From assembly GCA_963707025.1 (NCBI GenBank), contig CAVPOM010000006.1, positions 128,001 to 192,000 on the forward strand: 64,000 nucleotides of DNA. Direction: 5' to 3'. Shown one piece after another: positions 29,267-41,600 of the stretch (position 1 is the stretch's first letter; every line of letters begins with the position of its first letter). A model generated the notes under the pieces. That model was not told the origin of the DNA and ran no database searches. It saw nothing but the letters and a program-made list of their open reading frames with translations. The stretch is from an uncultured Verrucomicrobiae bacterium (lineage in GTDB: Bacteria > Verrucomicrobiota > Verrucomicrobiia > Limisphaerales > Palsa-1400). The position numbers and the translations under genes were made by a program.

Positions 29267-30478
29267 TCAGTGCTTGCCGGAGACCAGGTCGCTCAACTTG
29301 AAAATGGGCAGGAACATGCAGATGACGATGCCGCCCACCACCACCCCCAAAAACACGATGAGCAACGGTTCGATCAAGGAGGTCAATCCGTCCAGCGTCG
29401 TTTTGATTTCGTCATCCAGAAAATCGGCCACCCGTTCCAGCATGTTGTCAATCTTGCCCGTTTGTTCTCCGGCCGTGAGCATGCGGATGATCATGACCGG
29501 GAAAACCGGATGCTTGGCCAGGGCGGTGGAAATGCCTTCGCCCCGTTCAATGTCCACCGCGGCCGTTTTCAGCGCGTTTTCCATCACGATGTTGCCGACG
29601 GTGTTTTGCACGATGGTCAGCACCTCCAGAATCGGCACGCCGCTGCGCACCAGCGAGGCCATGGTCCGGGCGAAACGCGCCAGGCAGATCTTATGGGCAA
29701 TGACGCCGAAAATGGGCAGCTTGATCCGTCTGGCGTCCCAAAAGGCGCGCCCCATCGGCGTGCTGATGTAATAGAACCAGCCGCCCACAATCCCGATCAT
29801 CCCCACAAAGAGCAAAATCAGGTGTTCCTTCATGAAGGTGCTGACCGTGATGAGGAACAGGGTCGGGCCCGGCAGCTTGCCGCCGAAGCCGGAAAAAACA
29901 TCCTTGAACACCGGCACCACCACCACCATGAGGAAAATAGTGATGCTAATGGCCACGATCGTCACCGCCACCGGATACATCAGGGAAGACTTCACCTTCT
30001 TGCGCAGGCGGGCGGTGTTTTCCAGGTAGGTGGCCAGGCGGCTGAGAATTTCCGCCAGCAAGCCGCCCTTTTCCCCCGCGCCCACCATGGAATAATAAAG
30101 CCGGTTGAACACCTTGGGATGCTTCTGCAATGCCTCCGAAAAACTGTCGCCCCCTTCCACCCGCGTCGTCACGTCCTTGATGACGTCCCGCATCACTTTA
30201 TGGTCCGTCTGGTCCGCCAGGGCCTGGAGGGACTGGACCATGGCCAGACCGGCGTCAATCATGGTGGACAATTGCCGGGTGAAAATGACCAGATCGGCCA
30301 AAGCCACCTTGCCGCCGCCGGTGCGGCCCTTTTTCCCCAGCTTTTCGCTGATGGAAACCACCAGCATATTGCGGTTTAAAAGCGCGGCCACCGCGTTGGC
30401 CTCGGTGGACGCGTCAATCGAAGCGCGGATTTCCCGGCCGCTGACTGAATCGCGGGCAACATAGCTAAAAGATGGCAT
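29267..30478 (-). CDS. pilC: Type II secretion system F family / type IV pilus platform protein
   Basis: FTRQLSTMIDAGL, VEGGDSFSEAL, GEKGGLL, YPVAV, GEQTGKID, LIEPLLIV, MFLPIF. Confidence 0.93.
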   Translation of the reverse strand: MPSFSYVARDSVSGREIRASIDASTEANAVAALLNRNMLVVSISEKLGKKGRTGGGKVALADLVIFTRQLSTMIDAGLAMVQSLQALADQTDHKVMRDVIKDVTTRVEGGDSFSEALQKHPKVFNRLYYSMVGAGEKGGLLAEILSRLATYLENTARLRKKVKSSLMYPVAVTIVAISITIFLMVVVVPVFKDVFSGFGGKLPGPTLFLITVSTFMKEHLILLFVGMIGIVGGWFYYISTPMGRAFWDARRIKLPIFGVIAHKICLARFARTMASLVRSGVPILEVLTIVQNTVGNIVMENALKTAAVDIERGEGISTALAKHPVFPVMIIRMLTAGEQTGKIDNMLERVADFLDDEIKTTLDGLTSLIEPLLIVFLGVVVGGIVICMFLPIFKLSDLVSGKH

Positions 30479-30616
30479 AAATCTTGTTTTACCACCGCTT
30501 GGAGTAGCAACTCCGGGGCCAAAACGCAAGCCTGATTGCGCCGGCCCGCCGCCGCCGTCCGGCGCGCCGCCGAAAAACTCAGGTTGGGCCTTGAACTTGC
30601 GCCGGGCTGCTCTAAA

Positions 30617-32098
30617 TTGGCCTTTCTGAATTCGCAAAGCGACCATCCAAAACATTACTGCGGCGTGTTCGGCATTTACGGCCATCCCAACGCGGCCGAA
30701 TTGACCTACTACGGCCTCTACGCCCTGCAACACCGCGGCCAGGAAAGCGCCGGCATCGTCTCCAGCGATGGCGGCCGCTTCCACGAACACAAACGCATGG
30801 GCCTGGTCTCCCAGATTTTTAACGCCGAGGTGCTCTCCGGCCTGACCGGCTCCCTGGCCATCGGACACACCCGCTATTCCACCACCGGCTCTTCCCACCT
30901 GCGCAATGCCCAGCCCCTCACCGGTGACAGCAAACGCGGCCAGATCGCCATCGCCCACAACGGCAACCTGACCAACGCCGCCCCGTTGCGCGAGGAACTG
31001 GAGGAGAGCCACGGCGCGGTTTTCACCACCAGCGTGGACAGCGAAATCATCCTCCACCTCCTCGCCCAGCCCACCATTGGGGGCAACGAGAACAATCTGG
31101 TGCAGACCGTGCGCCGCCTGCAAGGCGCTTACTCCCTGGTCATCATGACGGAATCCGAATTGATCGGCGTGCGCGATCCCTTCGGCTTCCGCCCCCTCTG
31201 CCTGGGCCGGGCGGGGGACGCCTGGGTGCTAGCCAGCGAAACGTGCGCGCTGGATTTGATCTCCGCCAAACACGAGCGCGACGTCGAGCCGGGGGAAATC
31301 GTTATTATTGACAAAAACGGCCCGCGCAGCATCCAGGCCTTCCCCGAACAAACCGAGCGCGCCTTTTGCATTTTCGAGTATGTCTATTTTGCCCGGCCCG
31401 ACAGCAACATCGCCCGGCGCAACGTCTATAAGGTGCGCGTGGAAATGGGGCGCGAGCTGGCCCGGGAACATCCCCTCGCCGCCGACGCGGTGGTGCCCGT
31501 GCCCGACAGCGGCAACTGCGCCGCCCTGGGTTACTCGCTGGCCTCCGGCATTCCCTACGAGATGGCCTTCGTGCGCAACCACTACGTGGGCCGCAGTTTC
31601 CTCCAGCCTTCCCAGCTCATCCGCGACTTCGACGTGCGGGTCAAGCTCAACCTCATCACCGAACTGGTGCGGGGCAAGCGCATCATCGTGGTGGACGACT
31701 CCATTGTGCGCGGCACCACCTGCAAAGCCCGTGTCAACAATCTCAAAGAGGCGGGCGCCAAGGAAGTCCATGTCCTGGTCAGTTGTCCGCCCCACATGAA
31801 CCCCTGCGTCTATGGCATTGATTTTCCCGACCGGAGCAAATTGATGGCGGCCAGCCATTCGCTGGACGCCATCCGCCGCTATATCAATGCCGATTCGCTC
31901 GGTTATTTGTCCGCCGAAGGCATGGTGCGCGCCACCGCTTTGCCCCGGGAATCCTTTTGCATGGCCTGTTACGACGGCCGCTACCCGGTGCCTTATGATC
32001 CGCTGGTAGACAAAAACATCATGGAACGCCGCCGCCAGCGCATCGAAGGCCTGGTGCCCGCCCTGGACAAGGAGCAAAAGCAAATCAAGCTGCTCTAA
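30617..32098 (+). CDS. purF: Amidophosphoribosyltransferase (start uncertain)
   Basis: CGVFG, LQHRGQESAG, GHTRYST, CIFEYVYFARPDS, VDDSIVRGTT, YGIDF. Confidence 0.96.
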   Translation: MAFLNSQSDHPKHYCGVFGIYGHPNAAELTYYGLYALQHRGQESAGIVSSDGGRFHEHKRMGLVSQIFNAEVLSGLTGSLAIGHTRYSTTGSSHLRNAQPLTGDSKRGQIAIAHNGNLTNAAPLREELEESHGAVFTTSVDSEIILHLLAQPTIGGNENNLVQTVRRLQGAYSLVIMTESELIGVRDPFGFRPLCLGRAGDAWVLASETCALDLISAKHERDVEPGEIVIIDKNGPRSIQAFPEQTERAFCIFEYVYFARPDSNIARRNVYKVRVEMGRELAREHPLAADAVVPVPDSGNCAALGYSLASGIPYEMAFVRNHYVGRSFLQPSQLIRDFDVRVKLNLITELVRGKRIIVVDDSIVRGTTCKARVNNLKEAGAKEVHVLVSCPPHMNPCVYGIDFPDRSKLMAASHSLDAIRRYINADSLGYLSAEGMVRATALPRESFCMACYDGRYPVPYDPLVDKNIMERRRQRIEGLVPALDKEQKQIKLL

Positions 32099-32162
32099 AA
32101 ACGAGGCTCCCAATCCCCGCCTGGAGCGGATTAAAAAATGACGCAGCCAAAACGAGGCTCCT

Positions 32163-32205
32163 CCCTCTCCTCCTCAGGAGGAGAGGGGCCGGGGAGAGGA
32201 GGCCG
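32163..32205. repeat. REP-like palindrome (CCCTCTCC...GGAGAGGG family)
   Basis: CCCTCTCCTCCTCAGGAGGAGAGGGGCCGGGGAGAGG between convergent purF and katG; same family as 54033-54261. Confidence 0.65.
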
Positions 32206-32253
32206 TTCCGTCAGGTTCCGTGCGGCTACGGTTTTCCTGAAATTGCTCTAAAA

Positions 32254-34458
<2,205 letters not shown>

Positions 34459-34632
34459 TCATTTTGTGTTTTGGGCGCGGCCAATTCGCGAGGCAGCCTT
34501 GCGGTTGCCGCCGGGCTTCGCCAACTTCTGCCGGCACGCGGCGCAGCGTCCGTGGAAATGGATGTGGTAATCTCTGACCGCAAAGTCGAACGGGCGCACA
34601 TCGGGCCAGGCGGCTTTATTGAGCCGCTCCAC
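34459..34632 (-). pseudogene. C-terminal remnant of a Fur/PerR-family regulator
   Basis: Manual translation VERLNKAAWPDVRPFDFAVRDYHIHFHGRCAACRQK...* matches the Fur C-terminal F.V....I.F.G.CxxC pattern; an in-frame TAG precedes it; directly upstream of katG. Confidence 0.65.
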
Positions 34633-34790
34633 CTAAAAATCAAGGAAGAAAATGCCGGTGAATTCTGTCGATATTGTTTCACAAGGTTTAAAATTGGATT
34701 CTGCCCGCAATATTACCAGGAATTAAATCGGGCTTGGCGCCGGGTTTTGACTTCCCGCCGATGATTGCCTGCCGTAACTTCGCCAACATA

Positions 34791-35840
34791 ATGCAAGCAA
34801 AAGTCTTCGCAAGTCTGCTCGCGTTGGTTTTCGCCCCCGGATGTTCGTCCATCCGGGTGCAGCCCGCAGCCTCCGCCCGCCACCTCAAGGCTTCCCCGCA
34901 AACCATCGTCTGGGGCCGCTACGACGCCAAGGCCCCGCCCGTCTTGCGCGTCAAATCCGGCGACACCGTGGAAGTGGAGACGCTCATCACCTCCAGCCCC
35001 GCCAGCCTGGAGCGCGCCGGCGTTCCGGCCGATGAAGTCGAGCAATCCCTGCGCGACATCACCGCCACCGTCACCAATAAAGGGCCGGGCGGCCACATTC
35101 TCACCGGCCCCATTTATATCGAGGACGCGCAGCCGGGCGACGCGCTCGAGGTGCGCATCCTTTCCATCAAGCTGGCCATCCCCTATGCCTACAATGCCTT
35201 CGGTCCCACCGGCGGCTTTTTGCCCGAGGATTTTCGCCGGTCCAAAATGAAAATCATTCCTCTGGACCGCGAGAAGATGGTGGCCCATTTCACCAACGGA
35301 ATTGATATTCCGCTCAAGCCGTTCTTCGGCAGCATGGGGGTGGCTCCGGAAGAATCCGTCGGCCGCCTCAGCAGCGTCCAGCCCACCACCAATGCCGGCA
35401 ACCTCGACAACAAGGAACTGGTCGCCGGCGCCTCGCTCTTCATTCCCGTTTTCTCCCCCGGCGCGCTTTTTGAAGTGGGCGACGGCCACGCCGGCCAGGG
35501 CAACGGCGAAGTGGACATCACCGCCCTGGAAACGTCGCTCGTCGGCACCTTGCAATTTGTCTTGCACAAAGGCATGCGCCTGGCCTGGCCGCGCGCCGAA
35601 ACTCCCACCCACTACATCAGCATGGGCACCGACAAGGACCTGACCGCCGCCACCAAAATCGCCGTCCGCGAAATGATCGCCTTTCTCGTCGCCGAGAAGC
35701 ACATGGCGCGCGAAGACGCCTACATGCTTTGCAGCGTGGCCGGCGACGTGGATATTACGCAATTGGTGGACGGCAACAAAGGCGTCCACATGATGCTGCC
35801 CAAGGCGATTTTTCCACCGGAAAAAAAGCCCGGACAATAA
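34791..35840 (+). CDS. Acetamidase/formamidase family protein with signal peptide
   Basis: HILTGPIYIEDAQPGD, PFFGSMGVAP, GNLDNK, GDGHAGQGNGEV. Confidence 0.9.
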   Translation: MQAKVFASLLALVFAPGCSSIRVQPAASARHLKASPQTIVWGRYDAKAPPVLRVKSGDTVEVETLITSSPASLERAGVPADEVEQSLRDITATVTNKGPGGHILTGPIYIEDAQPGDALEVRILSIKLAIPYAYNAFGPTGGFLPEDFRRSKMKIIPLDREKMVAHFTNGIDIPLKPFFGSMGVAPEESVGRLSSVQPTTNAGNLDNKELVAGASLFIPVFSPGALFEVGDGHAGQGNGEVDITALETSLVGTLQFVLHKGMRLAWPRAETPTHYISMGTDKDLTAATKIAVREMIAFLVAEKHMAREDAYMLCSVAGDVDITQLVDGNKGVHMMLPKAIFPPEKKPGQ

Positions 35841-35974
35841 CGGACCGGCACAATAACTCCGGACAGATCGAAGTTTTCCGGGTGGCGAATTGAGGAACGC
35901 GGCTGCAAAGGCGGGCCATTGTTTCAATGGAGTTCGCCGTTGCTCATGCTCTAATTCCGGGTTAGGTTTCTTGC

Positions 35975-36208
35975 ATGAAAACGGTTACGAAACAGGAAGC
36001 GGCTCAAGGGTTCGACATGATTGGCGGTCTGGCGCATGCTGGCGAAACGGTCGTCGTCACCTACGGTGGCAAACCGTGGATCAAACTTGTACCGGCTCTC
36101 ACGGCTAAGAAGGGCAAGTCCGCCGCTGCCTTTAAGGCCCGCCTCAACCGCATCTCCGCCAAGCCAATCCCCGGGGCTTCCGAAGTGCTCTCGCGGCTTC
36201 GTGGGTGA
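35975..36208 (+). CDS. Phd/YefM-family antitoxin
   Basis: MKTVTKQEA...GETVVVTYGGKPWIKLVP; overlaps a PIN toxin gene. Confidence 0.85.
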   Translation: MKTVTKQEAAQGFDMIGGLAHAGETVVVTYGGKPWIKLVPALTAKKGKSAAAFKARLNRISAKPIPGASEVLSRLRG

Positions 36209-36648
36209 AAACCTACTTTGATACTTCCTGTCTGGTGCCCCTTTACGTGCCCAACGACCACACCAGCGCCGCTCTGCGCCTCCGGGCGCGGACGGGCCGG
36301 CAGCCCATCATTTTCACACTCCTGCACCGGATTGAGTTGCGGACGACGGTGCGCCAATGCGCCTTCGGCGGCTTGATCAACCAAGCCGAGGCTCGTCAAA
36401 TCCTGCGGCACATCGAGGAAGATTTGCACGATGGAACATTAATTCATGAGCCGCTGGACTGGACCGAAACATTGCGTCGGGCCGAAACGGTGGCGGACCG
36501 GTCGGCTTGGACGAAGCGATGCCGCTCACTTGACCTGTGGCATGTGGCGGTCGCCTTGGAATTTCATGCCGAGGTTTTCGTGACTTTCGACAAGGACCAA
36601 TTCGCCTTGGCCGAGGCGGAGGGGTTGCAGGTCATAATGCCATCCTGA
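36205..36648 (+). CDS. vapC: VapC-family PIN toxin
   Basis: YFDTSCLV, E, RSLDLWHVAVA, FVTFDKDQ acidic PIN tetrad. Confidence 0.9.
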   Translation: MKTYFDTSCLVPLYVPNDHTSAALRLRARTGRQPIIFTLLHRIELRTTVRQCAFGGLINQAEARQILRHIEEDLHDGTLIHEPLDWTETLRRAETVADRSAWTKRCRSLDLWHVAVALEFHAEVFVTFDKDQFALAEAEGLQVIMPS

Positions 36649-36672
36649 AATCGCCCGACCATGCTGGCGCAA

Positions 36673-36761
36673 GGCAACGAAGGCGTCCCCATGATGCTGC
36701 CCAAGGCAATATTCCCGCTCGAAAACAAGGCCGGCCTAATGAAGGGCCGTCATAATAACTC
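36673..36761 (+). pseudogene. Orphan diverged 3' end of the acetamidase gene (copy of 35772..35859)
   Basis: GNEGVPMMLPKAIFPLENKAG versus GNKGVHMMLPKAIFPPEKKPG; shared downstream AATAACTC. Confidence 0.85.
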
Positions 36762-36834
36762 GGTAGGGCGAGACTCCAGCCGTGACTCAATCCCATGAAA
36801 TCGAGTCAGGGGCTCGACAGAGTCTCGCCCTGCC
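36762..36834. repeat. GTAG-type REP-like hairpin
   Basis: GGTAGGGCGAGACTC ... GAGTCTCGCCCTGCC inverted repeat. Confidence 0.7.
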
Positions 36835-36851
36835 TCGGTTGAAAGCTTCGA

Positions 36852-37547
36852 TTAAGAGGCAACGGGCTTGTCGGGCGGAATCTCATTCCAGGCTGCGACG
36901 GATTCACCCTTCCACTCTTCGCCCGCTTTTCCCAGTTTGTTGCCAAGCCGAAAGTAATACAGGATGTTTCCAATCGCGTTTAGAAAAACCAGAAGGAAAA
37001 ACAGGCCGGGCCAGCCGCGCAGCGGGAGGGGAGGGAACATGCCAGCCAAAACCAATCCTAAAATAATCCACCCCCCCATCTCCATCTGAACGACTCTGCG
37101 CGGTGTCTTGTGTCTCGTCAGAACAAAAGCGACAGTCTCATAAACGATGAACAGCGAGACCACGCCAATCACCGAGAAGACAGAGAACCGGAGTCTGCCC
37201 AGCCCCAAAGCAAGCCACCAGCAACCGAGGAAACCGCAAACGTGTACCCACAAACTCGGCTGGTAGGAACTTAACAACCCGTGGACCTTCCGGAATTCCG
37301 ACAGGGTCAAATGCGTCCGGCGAAAACGCCGCCCGGCCGCTTTTGCATCCCCCAATTCGGCCAGCGACGCCTCTTGCGCGAGCGCGAGGGGCAACCCGTT
37401 TTGCAAATGCCCCTCCACCGCCTCTTCGTAGTGGGATGTCACCTCCGCCCAGATGCGCTGTCGGGCCGCAAACACGAGTTTCTTGGTGGCCATTTCCAGC
37501 CACTCGTCAAGATTCTGCGGATTTGGATTTTGAAACATGCTCATCAT
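36852..37547 (-). CDS. Membrane protein with N-terminal HAAS/permease-prefix-like domain (PadR partner)
   Basis: EVTSHYEEAVE...SLAELGD pattern followed by about 4 TM helices; coupled to padR. Confidence 0.7.
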   Translation of the reverse strand: MMSMFQNPNPQNLDEWLEMATKKLVFAARQRIWAEVTSHYEEAVEGHLQNGLPLALAQEASLAELGDAKAAGRRFRRTHLTLSEFRKVHGLLSSYQPSLWVHVCGFLGCWWLALGLGRLRFSVFSVIGVVSLFIVYETVAFVLTRHKTPRRVVQMEMGGWIILGLVLAGMFPPLPLRGWPGLFFLLVFLNAIGNILYYFRLGNKLGKAGEEWKGESVAAWNEIPPDKPVAS

Positions 37548-37855
37548 GCCTCCTGCAGGATCAGGCTGACCGCCCCGGAAAACTGGAGCAAATCCTCGCG
37601 TTCCCGCACCAGGGCCTTTTTGCCTTTCTCCGTCAGCTTGTAGTAGCGGCGCGTGCGCCCGTTTTCTTCGCGCGTGGCCGAACCGATCAGTCCCTTCCCC
37701 TCCAGCCCGTGCAAAGCCGGATACAGCGTGCCCTCCTTGAAATCCAGCACGCCCCTGGATTGGCTCTTGATCTCCTGGGCGATGCGATAGCCGTGGTTCG
37801 GTCCGCGGCTGAGATTTTGCAAAATCAATGTCGCCAAACTGCCCTTAAAATTCAT
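37544..37855 (-). CDS. PadR-family transcriptional regulator
   Basis: HGYRIAQEI, EGTLYPALHGLE, RRYYKLTEKG. Confidence 0.93.
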   Translation of the reverse strand: MNFKGSLATLILQNLSRGPNHGYRIAQEIKSQSRGVLDFKEGTLYPALHGLEGKGLIGSATREENGRTRRYYKLTEKGKKALVREREDLLQFSGAVSLILQEA

Positions 37856-37949
37856 ATAACCACACAATACATCGAATCCCGATGCATTGGCAAGCAAAAT
37901 CTTCTCCTTTTAATTTCAAAGACTCCTGGACTTGGGCGAAGTCGGGGGT

Positions 37950-38288
37950 TTATGTCGAACCGATTTCGACCAGGTCTTCGCCGGATTCAAGCAAATGCAG
38001 GGCTTCCCGGAATTTTGCCGTCAAAATCTCACGCAGGGCCGCATCCGAAGTGTAGCCACAAGTAAGCCAGATGATTTTTTGGGGGCTGCCGTGGCGTTCC
38101 AGCAGGCAGACGAAGTCAGTGTCCTTGGTGATAACCACATCTGCCTTCTGACGGGCCTCAAAGAATATTTGATCGTCTTCAGCACCGCGCAATCCAAGTT
38201 CCCGCACGGGCAGCGCGGTGACATCAAATGTTTCGCTCAGCCAGCGGGCAACCCCAGGAGACAAATGAGCATCCAGCCATACCGTCAT
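37950..38288 (-). CDS. DUF5615 PIN-like toxin
   Basis: WLDAHLSP, GLRGAEDDQI, VITKDTDF, IIWLTCG. Confidence 0.85.
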   Translation of the reverse strand: MTVWLDAHLSPGVARWLSETFDVTALPVRELGLRGAEDDQIFFEARQKADVVITKDTDFVCLLERHGSPQKIIWLTCGYTSDAALREILTAKFREALHLLESGEDLVEIGST

Positions 38289-38509
38289 ACGGCCAGGACT
38301 GGATGATCAATGCGGCGGCGGGCGAACATGATGCAAGCCTTGAGGTCGTCAGCTTCCAAGTCGGGCATCTCCGCCAAAATCTGCGACGCATCAAGCCCGG
38401 AAGCGAACAGATCCAGAATGTCGCTGACACGAATCCGCATCCCCCGCACGCAAGGCCGCCCGCCGCATTGCCGGGGATTCACAGTGATTCGTTCCATCAA
38501 ATTTTGCAT
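38285..38509 (-). CDS. DUF433 antitoxin
   Basis: RITVNPRQCGGRPCVRGMRIRVSDIL...PDLEADDLKAC. Confidence 0.9.
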   Translation of the reverse strand: MQNLMERITVNPRQCGGRPCVRGMRIRVSDILDLFASGLDASQILAEMPDLEADDLKACIMFARRRIDHPVLAV

Positions 38510-38626
38510 ATCTAAGAACAACAATGCACCGGAAGAGCCGCGAAGTCAAAGCCCAATGGCCCTGTTCTCATTCTCCCTGGTCTGCCCTGGCTTTAGCGCC
38601 GGCGGAATTTTCGTTTTTCTGAACCG

Positions 38627-41600
38627 CTACTGCGGCCCGCCATTCGGCTCCCCGCGCTTTTCCCAGCGCCTGGCGGCGCGCTCGGGCAACGCGCCATCCA
38701 CCTTGGCGTAATAGGTCTCTTCGCCAAACTTTTCATCCACCGCTTCTTGCAAACTCAGCGACGGGCTGACCGCATACCGGTCGTTGGTCTCGATGAAAAC
38801 GACCTCGCCCCCGGTCCGCATCAGGCACAGAAACACCGGGCATTTGCCCGGATGGGCGGCGAGCAGATCGCGCGCCGCCTCCAAATCGCCCGGCGTCACC
38901 TTGGCGCTGTGCAAGCGCAGGTGGACCTGTTTGGTGTAGGCGCGCGGCGCGTCCTCCAGCGCGATGATTTCCTGCGGGAAAATCTTCGGCTTGTCCTCGG
39001 AAAGATTGACCTCCCCGGTGACGAGGAGCGGCTTGTTCGGCGCCAGCAGCTCCTTGAACTTCTCGTAATTCTCGTTCAGGCAAAGCACCTGCACCGAGCC
39101 GGACATGTCCTCCAGCGTGGCCAGGGCGTAGGGCTTGTTGCTCTTCTTGGAAATGCCCTTTTGCACCGCGCCCACCAGGCCGCCGATGCGCGTCATCTCC
39201 CGGTTCTTCAATTCCCCCAACTGGCCGGACTGGTGCAGCGCATACTTCCTTAAAATGGACTCAAACGGCGTGAGCGGATGGCCGGTCACGTAAAAACCGA
39301 GCAATTCCTTCTCGTGCGCCAGCAATTCATGCTGCGGCCATTCCGCCAGTTGTTTTTCCGGCTCCGGCTTCCCCCCCGCCTCCTCGCGCAGCATCCCAAA
39401 AAGCGTGTCCTGCCCGCGGTTGCGGTCCTGGATGACCCCGGCCGCCCGGGTCAGGGCCCGGTCCATCCTGGAGAACAGGGTGGCGCGCGTTTCGCCGAAG
39501 CCATCGCACGCGCCGGACTTGATCAGCGCCTCCAAACCTTTCCTGTTGACAGTCCGTCCGTCCACCCGTTCGCAAAGATCGGCCAGGGAGGTGAACTTCC
39601 CGGCCTTGGCCCGCGCCTCCAGGATGCCCTCCACCGCCGCTTCGCCGATGCCCTTGACCGCGGCCAGGCCGAAACGAATCGCCGTCGCCGCTCCCCCCGC
39701 CGGCCCCGCCGCGCTGGGCGTAAAATAAACCCCGCTCTCATTGATGTCCGGCTGGAGCACTTCGATGTGGAAATGGCGCGCTTCCCCGATGAGGATGCCC
39801 AGTTTGGCCGTGTCGCCCAGGTCGTTGGTCATCATCGCGCTGAGAAATTCCACCGGATAATTGGCCTTCAGCCAGGCGGTCTGGTAGGCCACCATGGCGT
39901 AGGCGGCGGCGTGGGACTTGTTGAAGCCGTAGCCGGCGAATTTTTCCAGCAAATCAAAAATCTGGTTGGCCTTGGCCGCCGGAATATGGTTGACCTTGGC
40001 GCAGCCTTTGACAAAGACCTCGCGCTGCTTGGCCATTTCCTCCGGCTTCTTTTTGCCCATGGCCCGCCGCAGCAGGTCCGCTCCCCCCAGCGTGTAACCC
40101 GCCAGCACCTGGGCCGCCTGCATGACCTGCTCCTGGTAAATCAGCACCCCGTAAGTCTCCCGGGTGATCGGCTCCAGCAGCGGATGCTCGTACTCGATTT
40201 TGATTTCCCCGTGCCGCCGCTTGATGAAATCGGGAATCAGGTCCATCGGCCCGGGCCGGTACAAGGCCACCAGCGCGGTGATGTGCTCCAGCGAACTGAT
40301 TTGAAAGCGCCGGCACAAATCGCGCATCCCGCCCGATTCCAGTTGGAAGATGCCGATGGTGTTGGCCTTGTTGAGCAGGTCGTAGGTCTTGGGGTCGTCG
40401 AGCGGCAAATGGTCAATCGGAATCTCCACTCCCTTGAACTGCCGCACCAGGTCGCAGGTGTTGCGGATGACCGTCAGCGTTTTCAACCCCAGGAAATCCA
40501 TCTTCAGCAGGCCTAGGTCCCCCACCGGCCCCATGGCGTATTGCGTGACGATGGCCCCGTCCTCGTCCTTCTTCAGCGGCAGCAGGTTGGCCAGCGGCTG
40601 GTCGCCGATGACCACCCCGGCGGCGTGGACCGAGGCGTTGCGCGTCAAGTCCTCCAGCACAAAGGCCGTGTCCACCAATTCGCGCGTCTGGCCCTCCTTC
40701 TCATAGGCCTGCTTGAACTCGGGTGAGGTTTCCAGCGCCTTTTTCAGCGTCATCTTCAACTCGTTGGGAATCATTTTGGCCAGCCGGTCGCATTCCCCAT
40801 AGCTCAAGCCCATCACCCGCCCCACGTCGCGGATGACCGACTTGGCCCCCATCGTGCCGAAGGTGATGATCTGCGCCACCGAGTCCCGCCCGTATTTTTG
40901 CCGCACATATTCAATCACATCGCCGCGGCGGTCGTCGGCAAAATCAATGTCAATATCCGGCGGGTTGACCCGTTCGGGATTGAGAAAACGTTCAAAGAGC
41001 AATCCGTAACGGATCGGATCCACATTGGATATTTCCAACAAATAAGTCACGATGGCGCCGGCCGCCGAGCCGCGCGCCACGCAGGTCACCCCTTTGCTCC
41101 GGCCATAACGGACGAAATCCCCCGTGATCAGGAAGTAGCTGATGAAATCGGTTTTTTCGATGACTTTGAGTTCCGCTTGCAGACGGTCCATGACCGCTTT
41201 GACGGCCGCCGCCACTTCGGGATTGCGGATGGTGGATTGGGGATGGCCGATTGACGGATTTGTGGTTTCCACCTTGGAAACGGTTTGGGAGCCGTCGCGG
41301 ATTTCCGGCGGCGCGGCGGGCGGGTGATAAGTGGGCAGCTTGGTTGGGTCTTCGATGCCGTCCACCAGGAATTGATCCCCCTCGGCGCGGGCGTGGATGG
41401 TGTAGCGCGCGCGCAAGCCTTCGGCCAGCCATTGGCGCAGGTAAGCCTCGCGGCTGGTATTTCCCGGCGGATGAAACAGTGGATAATGCAGCTTGTTGAA
41501 CTCGATCTCCACATTGCACTTTTCCGCCACCTCCAGGGTGTTGCGCGCCGCCTCCGGCACCTCGGCGAAGCGCGCCTTCATTTCCTCCGCCGAACGCAAA

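Noticed and set aside
30479..31123. N-terminal extension of PilC (618-aa ORF)
   Set aside because: The extension is the antisense shadow of purF; the PilC-like sequence starts at MPSFSY (30478).
32097..32161. 13-bp direct repeat AAAACGAGGCTCC after purF as an att site for katG acquisition
   Set aside because: The copies are only about 50 bp apart and do not flank katG.
37856..38626. Gene-end duplication around the DUF433/DUF5615 pair
   Set aside because: No convincing copy of the dnaE 3' end or padR 5' end was seen, only weak AT-rich similarity, so it is not counted in the pattern.
41215..41400. Possible intein in DnaE
   Set aside because: The insertion is short and has no N-terminal Cys/Ser with C-terminal His-Asn splice motifs and no endonuclease motif.
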